Source of the DNA: Brumimicrobium ulvae
GTDB taxonomy: Bacteria > Bacteroidota > Bacteroidia > Flavobacteriales_D > Crocinitomicaceae
Reading direction: 5' to 3'
DNA: 64,000 nt
Assembly (NCBI GenBank): GCA_947504225.1
Contig: CANNGT010000003.1
Coordinates: 56,288-120,287 of the forward strand
Both the position numbers and the translations under genes were made by a program. Every line of letters starts with the position of its first letter. Positions within the stretch are counted from its first letter, which is position 1. This document shows, piece after piece, positions 30,017 through 38,235 of the stretch. The notes under the pieces were generated by a model. It saw nothing but the letters and a program-made list of their open reading frames with translations, did no database searches and was not told where the DNA came from.

Positions 30017-30075
30017 CAAAGTTTGTAACTAAAGATTAAAAACACGTTATTTGTACAATTGAGAGAGTTAAAATT

Positions 30076-32118
30076 ATGAAAACAAAGACCAATAATATGA
30101 AAAGATTCACACAATGGTTCATAGCCTTTAGTGCTATTGCAATCGTTTCTTCATGTTCACGAGAAGTTTCTGATACCACAGGATGGGATTATAATAATCC
30201 AGGTATGGGAGGTTTTCAAAAAGTCCCTTATATAGATCAAGAAACAGGACCAGGTCTTCTTTTAGTAGAAGGAGGTACGTTTACAATGGGGCGTGTTGAA
30301 GATGACGTTATGTACGATTGGAACAATAGACCGCGTAGATTAACAGTTTCTTCTTTCTATATGGACCAAACAGAGGTAACTAACTTTCATTGGTTAGAAT
30401 ACCTTTACTGGATCAGTAGAGCGTATCAAAGTTACCCTATGATTTATAAAAATGCTTTACCAGATACTTTGGTTTGGCGTTCTCAATTAGGGTTTAATGA
30501 GAAGTATGTAGAATATTACCTGCGTCATCCAGCTTATCGTGACTACCCAGTGGTGGGTGTTTCTTGGTTACAAGCGAATGACTACTGTAAATGGAGAACC
30601 GATCGTGTGAATGAATACATTTTAATTCGTGAAGGAATCCTTAACTTTAATATCAATCAAGCTGATGAAGCTACTTTTAATACTGAATCGTATTTAAATG
30701 GTCAATACGAGGAAGAGGTAAGACAATTACTTACTGATTTAGACCCATCAAAAGCAACAGGTAAGAAAGGGAAAGATTTAGGTGAACGTCAAGTTCGTAT
30801 GGAAGATGGAATACTTTTACCACGTTACCGTCTACCTACTGAAGCAGAATGGGAATTTGCATACTACGGATTGATTGGAAATATGTCAGGTGAAGATTCT
30901 GAGGTAATTAGTAACAGAAGAATCTATCCTTGGGATGGTCACTTTGTGAGACAAGAAAATGAAGAGTTCCAAGGAGAAATCCGTGCAAACTTTGTACGTG
31001 GTCGAGGTGACTATATGGGGGTTGCAGGAAACTTAAACGATGGTGCTGATGTAACTGCTCCTGTTGACGCTTACTGGCCAAATGATTATGGTCTTTACAA
31101 TATGGCTGGTAACGTTGCTGAGTGGGTACTTGATGTATACCGTCCGTTATCTTCTGAAGATGTTGATGAATTCAGACCTTTTAGAGGGAACGTATTCCAA
31201 ACAAAAGTTTTAAATAACGCAGGTGCTGTAGCTTATAAAAACTTCCAGGTTGAATATGATGTTCATGGTATGAAAGAGTACTTGAACGAATTTGAACGTG
31301 TACGTTTCCAAAGAGTATCTGCAGAAAAGCATGATCCAAACGATACTGTAATTCAATCAGGAATTATGAAAACGAACGAGTCGAAAAATCCTGTTCCTCG
31401 TGGTTATGCTCCAGACCCATTCTATGTATCGCATAACTTTACTAAGGATTCTATGGAATTAGGTATTATTGCAGACATCAATGCTGTTCTTGACAAAGCA
31501 ATTACTTACAGAAACGACAAGTACAATACAGAAGCTTCTATGGTAATTCAAGAGGAGTTATTTGATGGTATATTTGCAGATGAGATTCGTATTGGACCAA
31601 TGGGTGAAGAATATGCTTTTGAAATTATTTCTTTATTGAGAGATGGGTTCCAAGAGTTCATTATTGACACTCCTGGTAAATTGAAATACCGTAATGTTAC
31701 TGAAGAAGAAAACATCGGACGTTTGAACTACAGAAGAGCTGATTACATCGATTATGTGGATGGAGATATTGAGTCTTCTATTCACTACGATAACACAAAG
31801 CGTAAAAATGACATTAACCAAGCAAGACGTGATCCAGATTTGGTAATGTATCAAAACAGACATGAAGAATTTGACCTTCAAGGTTCGGGAATCAAACCAG
31901 GAGGAGATGACCGAACTGCTTGGCCAACCACTTTAGTGTCTAACAAGTCGCGTGTTTACAAAGGTGGTTCTTGGAAAGATAGAGCGTATTGGATTGTTGG
32001 AGGAAACAGAAGATTCCTAGATGAAGACAAAGCAACTGACTACATTGGATTCAGATGTGCAATGGATAGAATTGGAAGTCCAACAGGGATGAACTACTCG
32101 AAGAAAAACAGAAAATAA
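30076..32118 (+). CDS. gldJ: Gliding motility lipoprotein GldJ (SUMF1/FGE-sulfatase domain)
   Basis: Lipobox IVSSC (likely start 30097), TTGWDYN, RLPTEAEWE, YNMAGNVAEW, RVYKGGSW, GFRCAM; upstream of murF. Confidence 0.88.
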   Translation: MKTKTNNMKRFTQWFIAFSAIAIVSSCSREVSDTTGWDYNNPGMGGFQKVPYIDQETGPGLLLVEGGTFTMGRVEDDVMYDWNNRPRRLTVSSFYMDQTEVTNFHWLEYLYWISRAYQSYPMIYKNALPDTLVWRSQLGFNEKYVEYYLRHPAYRDYPVVGVSWLQANDYCKWRTDRVNEYILIREGILNFNINQADEATFNTESYLNGQYEEEVRQLLTDLDPSKATGKKGKDLGERQVRMEDGILLPRYRLPTEAEWEFAYYGLIGNMSGEDSEVISNRRIYPWDGHFVRQENEEFQGEIRANFVRGRGDYMGVAGNLNDGADVTAPVDAYWPNDYGLYNMAGNVAEWVLDVYRPLSSEDVDEFRPFRGNVFQTKVLNNAGAVAYKNFQVEYDVHGMKEYLNEFERVRFQRVSAEKHDPNDTVIQSGIMKTNESKNPVPRGYAPDPFYVSHNFTKDSMELGIIADINAVLDKAITYRNDKYNTEASMVIQEELFDGIFADEIRIGPMGEEYAFEIISLLRDGFQEFIIDTPGKLKYRNVTEEENIGRLNYRRADYIDYVDGDIESSIHYDNTKRKNDINQARRDPDLVMYQNRHEEFDLQGSGIKPGGDDRTAWPTTLVSNKSRVYKGGSWKDRAYWIVGGNRRFLDEDKATDYIGFRCAMDRIGSPTGMNYSKKNRK

Positions 32119-32139
32119 AAAATACTTTTTATTATATTT

Positions 32140-32169
32140 AAGCCCCGACAACATCGTCGGGGCTTTTTT
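32140..32169 (+). terminator. Intrinsic terminator between gldJ and murF
   Basis: AAGCCCCGAC-AACATC-GTCGGGGCTT followed by TTTT. Confidence 0.75.
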
Positions 32170-32183
32170 ATTAGAATCATATT

Positions 32184-33470
32184 ATGGAGAATCTATTCGA
32201 CTTGTTTTATGAATGCAGTGGCGTTTCAACAGATACAAGAAACATTACTGAAGATGTTTTATTCATCGCCTTAAAAGGAGATCGATTTAACGGGAATGAA
32301 TATGCCCAACAAGCTATAGATAAAGGAGCAAAATACGCTATCGTAGATCAAGAAAAATATGCTGATAACCATAAAATATTTCTAGTAAAAGATGGACTAT
32401 TGTTTTTACAGAAGTTAGCAGAGCATCACCGCCAACAGTTTGACATACCAGTTATTGGAATTACAGGAACCAATGGTAAAACGACGACCAAAGAATTAAC
32501 AGCTGCAGTATTGAGTAAGAAGTACAATGTTTTATACACATTGGGCAACCTCAACAATCACATAGGTGTTCCCCTTACCCTACTCCAATTAAAAAAGGGG
32601 CATGACATTGCCATCATTGAAATGGGAGCAAGCAAAGTAGGTGACATCAAAGAATTAACAGATATTGCTCATCCAAGCCATGGACTAATCACCAATATTG
32701 GTCATGCTCATCTAGAAGGTTTCGGAAGTCCTGAAAATATCATTAAAACAAAAACAGAGTTGTACCAAGCCGTTGCTGAAAACAAAGGAGTTTTATTCTG
32801 TAACTTAGATGATAAAACCTTAAAGCAACAGCTACCTTCACCTTGTCAGAACGTAAATTACGGAACAGTTTCTGAGGCTGATATTTCTGGTAACATTGTT
32901 CACCTCTCTCCTATGCTGAGTTTTATCTGGCAATCCAATTCTTTTACTTCACCAATGGTAGAAACACAAATCATTGGAAAGTATAACTTCTATAATATGT
33001 TAGCCGCAATTTGTATCGGAGTTCATTTTAATGTGAACGACAAGGACATTAGTGAAGCTTTAGAACAATATACTCCAAGTAACAATAGGTCTCAATTAGA
33101 GAAAACAAGTCACAACACAGTGATCCTTGATGCCTATAATGCGAATCCAACTAGTGTAAGATCGGCATTAGAAAACTTTTCTGAAATAGAGTCCAACGAC
33201 AAGCTTTTTGTTTTAGGAGACATGTTAGAATTGGGTAAAAACTCAAAGCAATATCACCAAGAAATCATCGATTTAAGTAAAAAATTAAATCTTCAAGGTG
33301 TTTTCGTAGGTAAGATATTTTCAAGTTTAGCCGAAGAAAATGAAATCCTTTCATTCGAAACCACCGAGCAAGCAAAAGACTTCTTTTCAACAGCTTTGCC
33401 TAAGAATAACCTAATTTTATTAAAAGGTTCTCGTGGTATTGGCCTAGAAAAACTAGTGGAGATTTTATAA
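32184..33470 (+). CDS. murF: UDP-N-acetylmuramoyl-tripeptide--D-Ala-D-Ala ligase
   Basis: GITGTNGKTTTKE, NLNNHIGVP, DAYNANP, GDMLELG, LKGSRG. Confidence 0.97.
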   Translation: MENLFDLFYECSGVSTDTRNITEDVLFIALKGDRFNGNEYAQQAIDKGAKYAIVDQEKYADNHKIFLVKDGLLFLQKLAEHHRQQFDIPVIGITGTNGKTTTKELTAAVLSKKYNVLYTLGNLNNHIGVPLTLLQLKKGHDIAIIEMGASKVGDIKELTDIAHPSHGLITNIGHAHLEGFGSPENIIKTKTELYQAVAENKGVLFCNLDDKTLKQQLPSPCQNVNYGTVSEADISGNIVHLSPMLSFIWQSNSFTSPMVETQIIGKYNFYNMLAAICIGVHFNVNDKDISEALEQYTPSNNRSQLEKTSHNTVILDAYNANPTSVRSALENFSEIESNDKLFVLGDMLELGKNSKQYHQEIIDLSKKLNLQGVFVGKIFSSLAEENEILSFETTEQAKDFFSTALPKNNLILLKGSRGIGLEKLVEIL

Positions 33471-33619
33471 TTTTTTTAGCTACTCCCCCCCACTTATTAA
33501 AACGAGATACGTTTCTATTAGTAATGAGCTGATAACTTGACAAGAAATCAAGACTATCACTTATTTAAAACAACATGTTAATCTACTACTGGATTGACTT
33601 AACACTAAAACGAAACGTT

Positions 33620-34207
33620 ATGAAAACTACACTTCTTTTATTCTTGATTTTTGTTGGGATGGGATTTTCAAATAATCTTTTTGCTCAACAACCCGACAGT
33701 TGCAATATTAATCCTGGTTTTTTCTATAGTGACACTTCAAATTGTGAAATCTATTTCTATCCATCAAATTATGATGCCACCTATGATTATTCATGGGACT
33801 TTGGAGATGGGAGTTATTCAAACCAAGCCTTCGTTAATCATCAATATGCCAACTCAGGAGTGTACGATGTAATCATCGACCAATTTAGAAGTTCAAAAAA
33901 CTATAAAAGTTTATTTGAACATACCGAAAGTGAAAGTTTTCTTGATTTCGAATTTAATTCAAAAGAACATAATACTTCTATGGATACAGTGCTTGATGCA
34001 TTTGCACAAGAAGAAATTGAAGAGATACTTAACCAGCTTCCTCCCGCCTCAAGAATTACCTTTAATCTTTTCGCCATCGAAGGTTATTCATACAAGGAAA
34101 TAGCAGAGGAATTGGATATTGGCTATGAATCGGTCAAGTGGCACATCAAAGAATCACGGAAAAAGCTACGTTCCATTTTAAAACTTAATACCTTAGAACT
34201 TGAGTAA
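33620..34207 (+). pseudogene. Chimeric ORF: signal peptide + PKD fragment fused in frame to an ECF sigma-70 C-terminal half
   Basis: MKTTLLLFLIF...AQQ, YSWDFGDG...HQYANSGVYDV | IIDQFR...LNQLPPASRITFNLFAIEGYSYKEIAEELDIGYESVKWHIKESRKKL; junction at about 33869-33877. Confidence 0.75.
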
Positions 34208-35705
34208 AGAGCAAGAACATATCGACAAGTTAATCAAAGAAAAAATATCTGTACGGGAATTTGGTGCTCCACCGCAAGCATTTCTTGATGATATTAATGC
34301 ACGTCTTGACGCGGAACAAAAGAAGACAATCTGGTTTTATTTGTTTACACTGATGGGCATTATCGTTTTAGCAGGTTTTATTGCACTCTTTTTTATTCCA
34401 AACCAGGAAAAAAGATACAGTATGGTTGAATCATCTACAGGAGTTAAAGACAGAATAGCAAAGTCTGAAACAAAAGTTTCACAGACCAGAAACGAAAATC
34501 CTCAGACCGATTGGAATGAAAAAAAGACAGGACTGATTAATTCAAATGATAGTTTCAAAAAATCCATGGAAACACTGAATATAGAATCAAAAACAATATT
34601 CAATAGAGAAAGTAAAAGTTTAAATACTAAGTCTAAGGAGGTAAGTACAGTTGACAAAAAGAGCCACAATTCAACTTTAAAAACTAAAGACTCACTGAGC
34701 TCAAAAATCAGTCATTTTAATCCTCTACAAGTAAAAAACGTGAAAGGATATAAAGATACAGTATTGAAAAATACATTGGACGATTCTGTTAGTATGCACA
34801 TTCCTAATAATCAACAAAACAGTTTGAAACACTCACTTCCAAGACACCATGCTCCAATTATGGTTTTTGCTCCAGCACTACCGAAAATCAAGAACCAACT
34901 GGGAAACAGTAACTTCTTTAGACTTGATAGAAACACAATCGAAAAAACGCTTTATCCTTCTGTTCACAACAGTATAGCAACCCAACCCACCTTCAAACCC
35001 TACAGTTTCGAAATTCAATTGTTTGGAGGGATAGCAATAGATCAGTCAAGAATATCAAATGCAGTTACAGATGACTATAAAACTCAAATTCAAGCACAGA
35101 GCAGAAACAAAATCAGTCCATATTTAGGGACCAACCTAAACCTTATATTTAAAAACTATGTATTCAGCAGTGGTTTGACATTCTCGCAACAAAAGGAGGA
35201 AAACAATTATCAAATAATTACAAACCAATATAGCGATTCGATTTATATATCTCATTACGAATATGTTTTTGATTCAACAACAAATCCTCCCGACAGTGCA
35301 CTCGTCCCTGTATATGATACCACACAGACAACCACGAAGCAGTATGAAAAAGTTCAACTACACCAAAACTATTCATGGCTTCAAATCCCAATTCATTTTG
35401 GCTATCGTTTTCAGTTTAATAAATGGTCTATAACTCCTAGTTTGGGCGTTAACATTTCTATCGGACTTGCTAACAAATCCTTCAAATATCCTCATCAAAA
35501 TTTCGAAGAAATCAGTGCCTTTACTCCGATGAAATGGCATGTGAATCTCCAGGGTAACATTGAAGTTCAGCGACGTTTAAATCAGTGGCATATTTTTGCA
35601 AGAGCAGGATATCAACATGGATTAAGTCCTGTGTTAAAGTCAGATACATTCGATCGTAAATATAACAAAATCAACACCATATTCGGAGTTGGTTACTCTT
35701 TTTAA
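34200..35705 (+). CDS. Anti-sigma-like protein: N-terminal TM, low-complexity linker, C-terminal outer-membrane beta-barrel
   Basis: IDKLIKEK N-terminus, one TM helix, K/S/N-rich linker, barrel-like C-terminus ending GVGYSF; TTG start overlaps the stop of the sigma-like ORF. Confidence 0.65.
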   Translation: MSKEQEHIDKLIKEKISVREFGAPPQAFLDDINARLDAEQKKTIWFYLFTLMGIIVLAGFIALFFIPNQEKRYSMVESSTGVKDRIAKSETKVSQTRNENPQTDWNEKKTGLINSNDSFKKSMETLNIESKTIFNRESKSLNTKSKEVSTVDKKSHNSTLKTKDSLSSKISHFNPLQVKNVKGYKDTVLKNTLDDSVSMHIPNNQQNSLKHSLPRHHAPIMVFAPALPKIKNQLGNSNFFRLDRNTIEKTLYPSVHNSIATQPTFKPYSFEIQLFGGIAIDQSRISNAVTDDYKTQIQAQSRNKISPYLGTNLNLIFKNYVFSSGLTFSQQKEENNYQIITNQYSDSIYISHYEYVFDSTTNPPDSALVPVYDTTQTTTKQYEKVQLHQNYSWLQIPIHFGYRFQFNKWSITPSLGVNISIGLANKSFKYPHQNFEEISAFTPMKWHVNLQGNIEVQRRLNQWHIFARAGYQHGLSPVLKSDTFDRKYNKINTIFGVGYSF

Positions 35706-36068
35706 CTTGAGGAAGATTTTCAAAAGATAAATTCCAACTGCTTTTTTAGCATATATAAAGACCTTTATTAAGTGAACTTTTTTCACTAAAGGTTGTTCAA
35801 TATAAAAAGTGAGTTGTAAAATGAATTTAGGTCTAGAATTAGAATAAATTCCATTGCATTATCGTTATCAAACAAAAAGCTGCGAATAAATGATTTATCA
35901 CCGATAAAAAAAAATAGAGATACAGAAAGTCATTCCTTTAAGAACTTAGGTGAACTAAAGGAAAAATCTGAATTGGATGTGCTTTAAAAACAAGTTAAAT
36001 CAAATTAGAATACAGTTTACAATACTTTATGTTGGTGGAGGAATATCAACAATGAAAACAACAAAATT

Positions 36069-36725
36069 ATGGAAATGGAAAAAGTAACCCCACGAGATAT
36101 CATTGTAGAAAAGTACACACATCACGTGTTAACATACAATGAGAAGCCCAAAAGTGTATATGCTTTTGCAGCAGAAAACAATATGGAAGAAGCCGATTTC
36201 TATCAATACTTCGGCTCTTTCGAAGCAATCAACTCAGCGATTTTTGTTGATCTTTTTAAAAACACCATGGCTCTGCTTAGGCAAAATGAAGCGTTTCAGC
36301 AAGGTGATGCGCAGCATAAGTTATTAAGTTTCTATTTTACATTTTTCGAAATGTTAACAGCCAACAGAAGCATAGTCCTATATATTCTAAAAGAAAATGA
36401 AAACCATCTTAAAACACTGAAAGTACTGAATGAATTAAAAACGGAGTACACTGACTTTGTTGAGTCCTTAAACATTCAGACTCCAGATGTCATCATGGAT
36501 AACTTTGCAAACATTGTTGATCGAGGCATGTCTAAAATGTCTTATGGTCAGTTGCTTTTTATCATGAAATTTTGGATGGAAGACACCTCTCCTTCTTTCG
36601 AAAAAACAGACGTTTTAATTGAAAAAACAATGCATGTAGGTTTTGAGGTGCTCAACACAAAACCCATAGACACCATTGTTGATTTAGGTAAGTTCTTGTG
36701 GAAAGAAAAAGTCAATAAAAAATAA
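36069..36725 (+). CDS. TetR-family regulator (Bacteroidota type, ABC1-associated)
   Basis: PKSVYAFA...EADFYQYFGSF helix-turn-helix; FWMEDTSPSFEKTDVLIEK; DLGKFLWKE. Confidence 0.8.
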   Translation: MEMEKVTPRDIIVEKYTHHVLTYNEKPKSVYAFAAENNMEEADFYQYFGSFEAINSAIFVDLFKNTMALLRQNEAFQQGDAQHKLLSFYFTFFEMLTANRSIVLYILKENENHLKTLKVLNELKTEYTDFVESLNIQTPDVIMDNFANIVDRGMSKMSYGQLLFIMKFWMEDTSPSFEKTDVLIEKTMHVGFEVLNTKPIDTIVDLGKFLWKEKVNKK

Positions 36726-36736
36726 AAAGGCACAAC

Positions 36737-38053
36737 ATGAAATCAATAGATAAAATCCCCACTTCCAAAATTAACAGAGCATCGAAAATGATGTCTACAG
36801 GGGCTAAAATAGGTGTCAATTACCTTAAGTATTATGGCGAAAAGCTAGTTGGTTCTGAAGAGAAGGCAAAACTTAAACTTGATGAGTCCAACGCTTCGGA
36901 TATTTATAACAGTCTAAAAAGCTTAAAAGGAAGTGCCTTAAAGGTTGCACAAATGATGAGCATGGAGAAAACAATGTTGCCACAAGCCTATGTGGAGAAA
37001 TTTTCTTTATCCCAATTTTCTGTACCACCGCTTTCTGCTGCTTTGGTTAAAAAGACCTTTAAGCGTTACTTTGGAAAAGATACAGAAGAGCTTTATGATG
37101 AATTTGATTTTGACGCTGTTAATGCAGCCAGCATTGGTCAAGTTCATCAAGCCAAAAAAGAAGGAAAACAATTGGCTGTTAAAATTCAATATCCAGGGGT
37201 TGCAGAAAGCATAAACAGTGATTTAGCGATGGTCAAACCAATTGCTATGAGAATGTTGAACATCAAAGGAAAAGACGCTGAACGCTACTTTAAAGAGGTG
37301 GAAGAAAAGTTAATGGAAGAAACGGATTATGCTTTAGAGCTCGAACAGAGTTTGGCTGTTTCAGAAGTTTGTAAACACATTCCAAACCTTTTATTTCCGA
37401 AATACTACCCTGAACTTTCCAACGATAAAGTTTTAACAATGGATTGGATGGAGGGGATTCATATCTCCACTTTCGCGCTAGGAAAACCTTCAGAGGAAAG
37501 AGCCAATAAAGTGGGGCAGGCTTTATGGGATTTTTATATGTACCAAATTCATGTTGTCAAAAAAGTACATGCGGATCCACATCCTGGGAATTTTATGGTT
37601 TCTTCAAATGATGAATTAATTGCTATTGACTTTGGCTGCATGAAGGAGGTACCTGAAGAGTTTTACACGCCCTACTTCGAACTCACAAAACCTAGTATCC
37701 TTAACGACCCAATAGCCTTCGAAACGCAACTTTATGCATTAGAAATTTTAAAAAAAACGGATACACCAGAGCAAACAAAGTTCTTTTCATCAATTTTTAA
37801 AGAGCTTTTGAGTTTGTTTGCCCTCCCCTTTTATGAAGAGGAATTTGATTTTTCAGACCCAGTATTCTTCAATAAAATCGCCAATATGGCAGAAAAGTAT
37901 TCAAAAGATGAGTCCTTAAGAAAAACAGACGCTGGAAGAGGTTCTAAGCATTTCATCTATATCAACAGAGCATTCTTCGGCTTATATAGCTTAATGAATC
38001 AGTTGCAAGCCAACAGAATTGTAGTGAATAATTATAAGAAATTGGTGGTGTAA
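36737..38053 (+). CDS. ABC1/UbiB (AarF) family atypical kinase
   Basis: LKGSALKVAQM, AASIGQVH, AVKIQYPG, HADPHPGN, IDFG. Confidence 0.92.
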   Translation: MKSIDKIPTSKINRASKMMSTGAKIGVNYLKYYGEKLVGSEEKAKLKLDESNASDIYNSLKSLKGSALKVAQMMSMEKTMLPQAYVEKFSLSQFSVPPLSAALVKKTFKRYFGKDTEELYDEFDFDAVNAASIGQVHQAKKEGKQLAVKIQYPGVAESINSDLAMVKPIAMRMLNIKGKDAERYFKEVEEKLMEETDYALELEQSLAVSEVCKHIPNLLFPKYYPELSNDKVLTMDWMEGIHISTFALGKPSEERANKVGQALWDFYMYQIHVVKKVHADPHPGNFMVSSNDELIAIDFGCMKEVPEEFYTPYFELTKPSILNDPIAFETQLYALEILKKTDTPEQTKFFSSIFKELLSLFALPFYEEEFDFSDPVFFNKIANMAEKYSKDESLRKTDAGRGSKHFIYINRAFFGLYSLMNQLQANRIVVNNYKKLVV

Positions 38054-38235
38054 TCTAGGTTGAATATCAATGTTTTAAGGCAATCAAAGAATGGTGAATA
38101 ATGAATTATCTCTTGTTGGTCGTTAAGTCATTTTAATAGAAATGTTTGATTTCACGATTAAAAATTATAACTTTAATAATGTCAAACGATTACCCTAATT
38201 AGGGTGAAGTTTTTTATCATTATCTTTATAAAATT

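Noticed and set aside
33575-34207. Intact ECF sigma factor or intact PKD protein
   Set aside because: Sigma region 2 is mostly missing and the PKD domain is cut after the G.Y.V strand.
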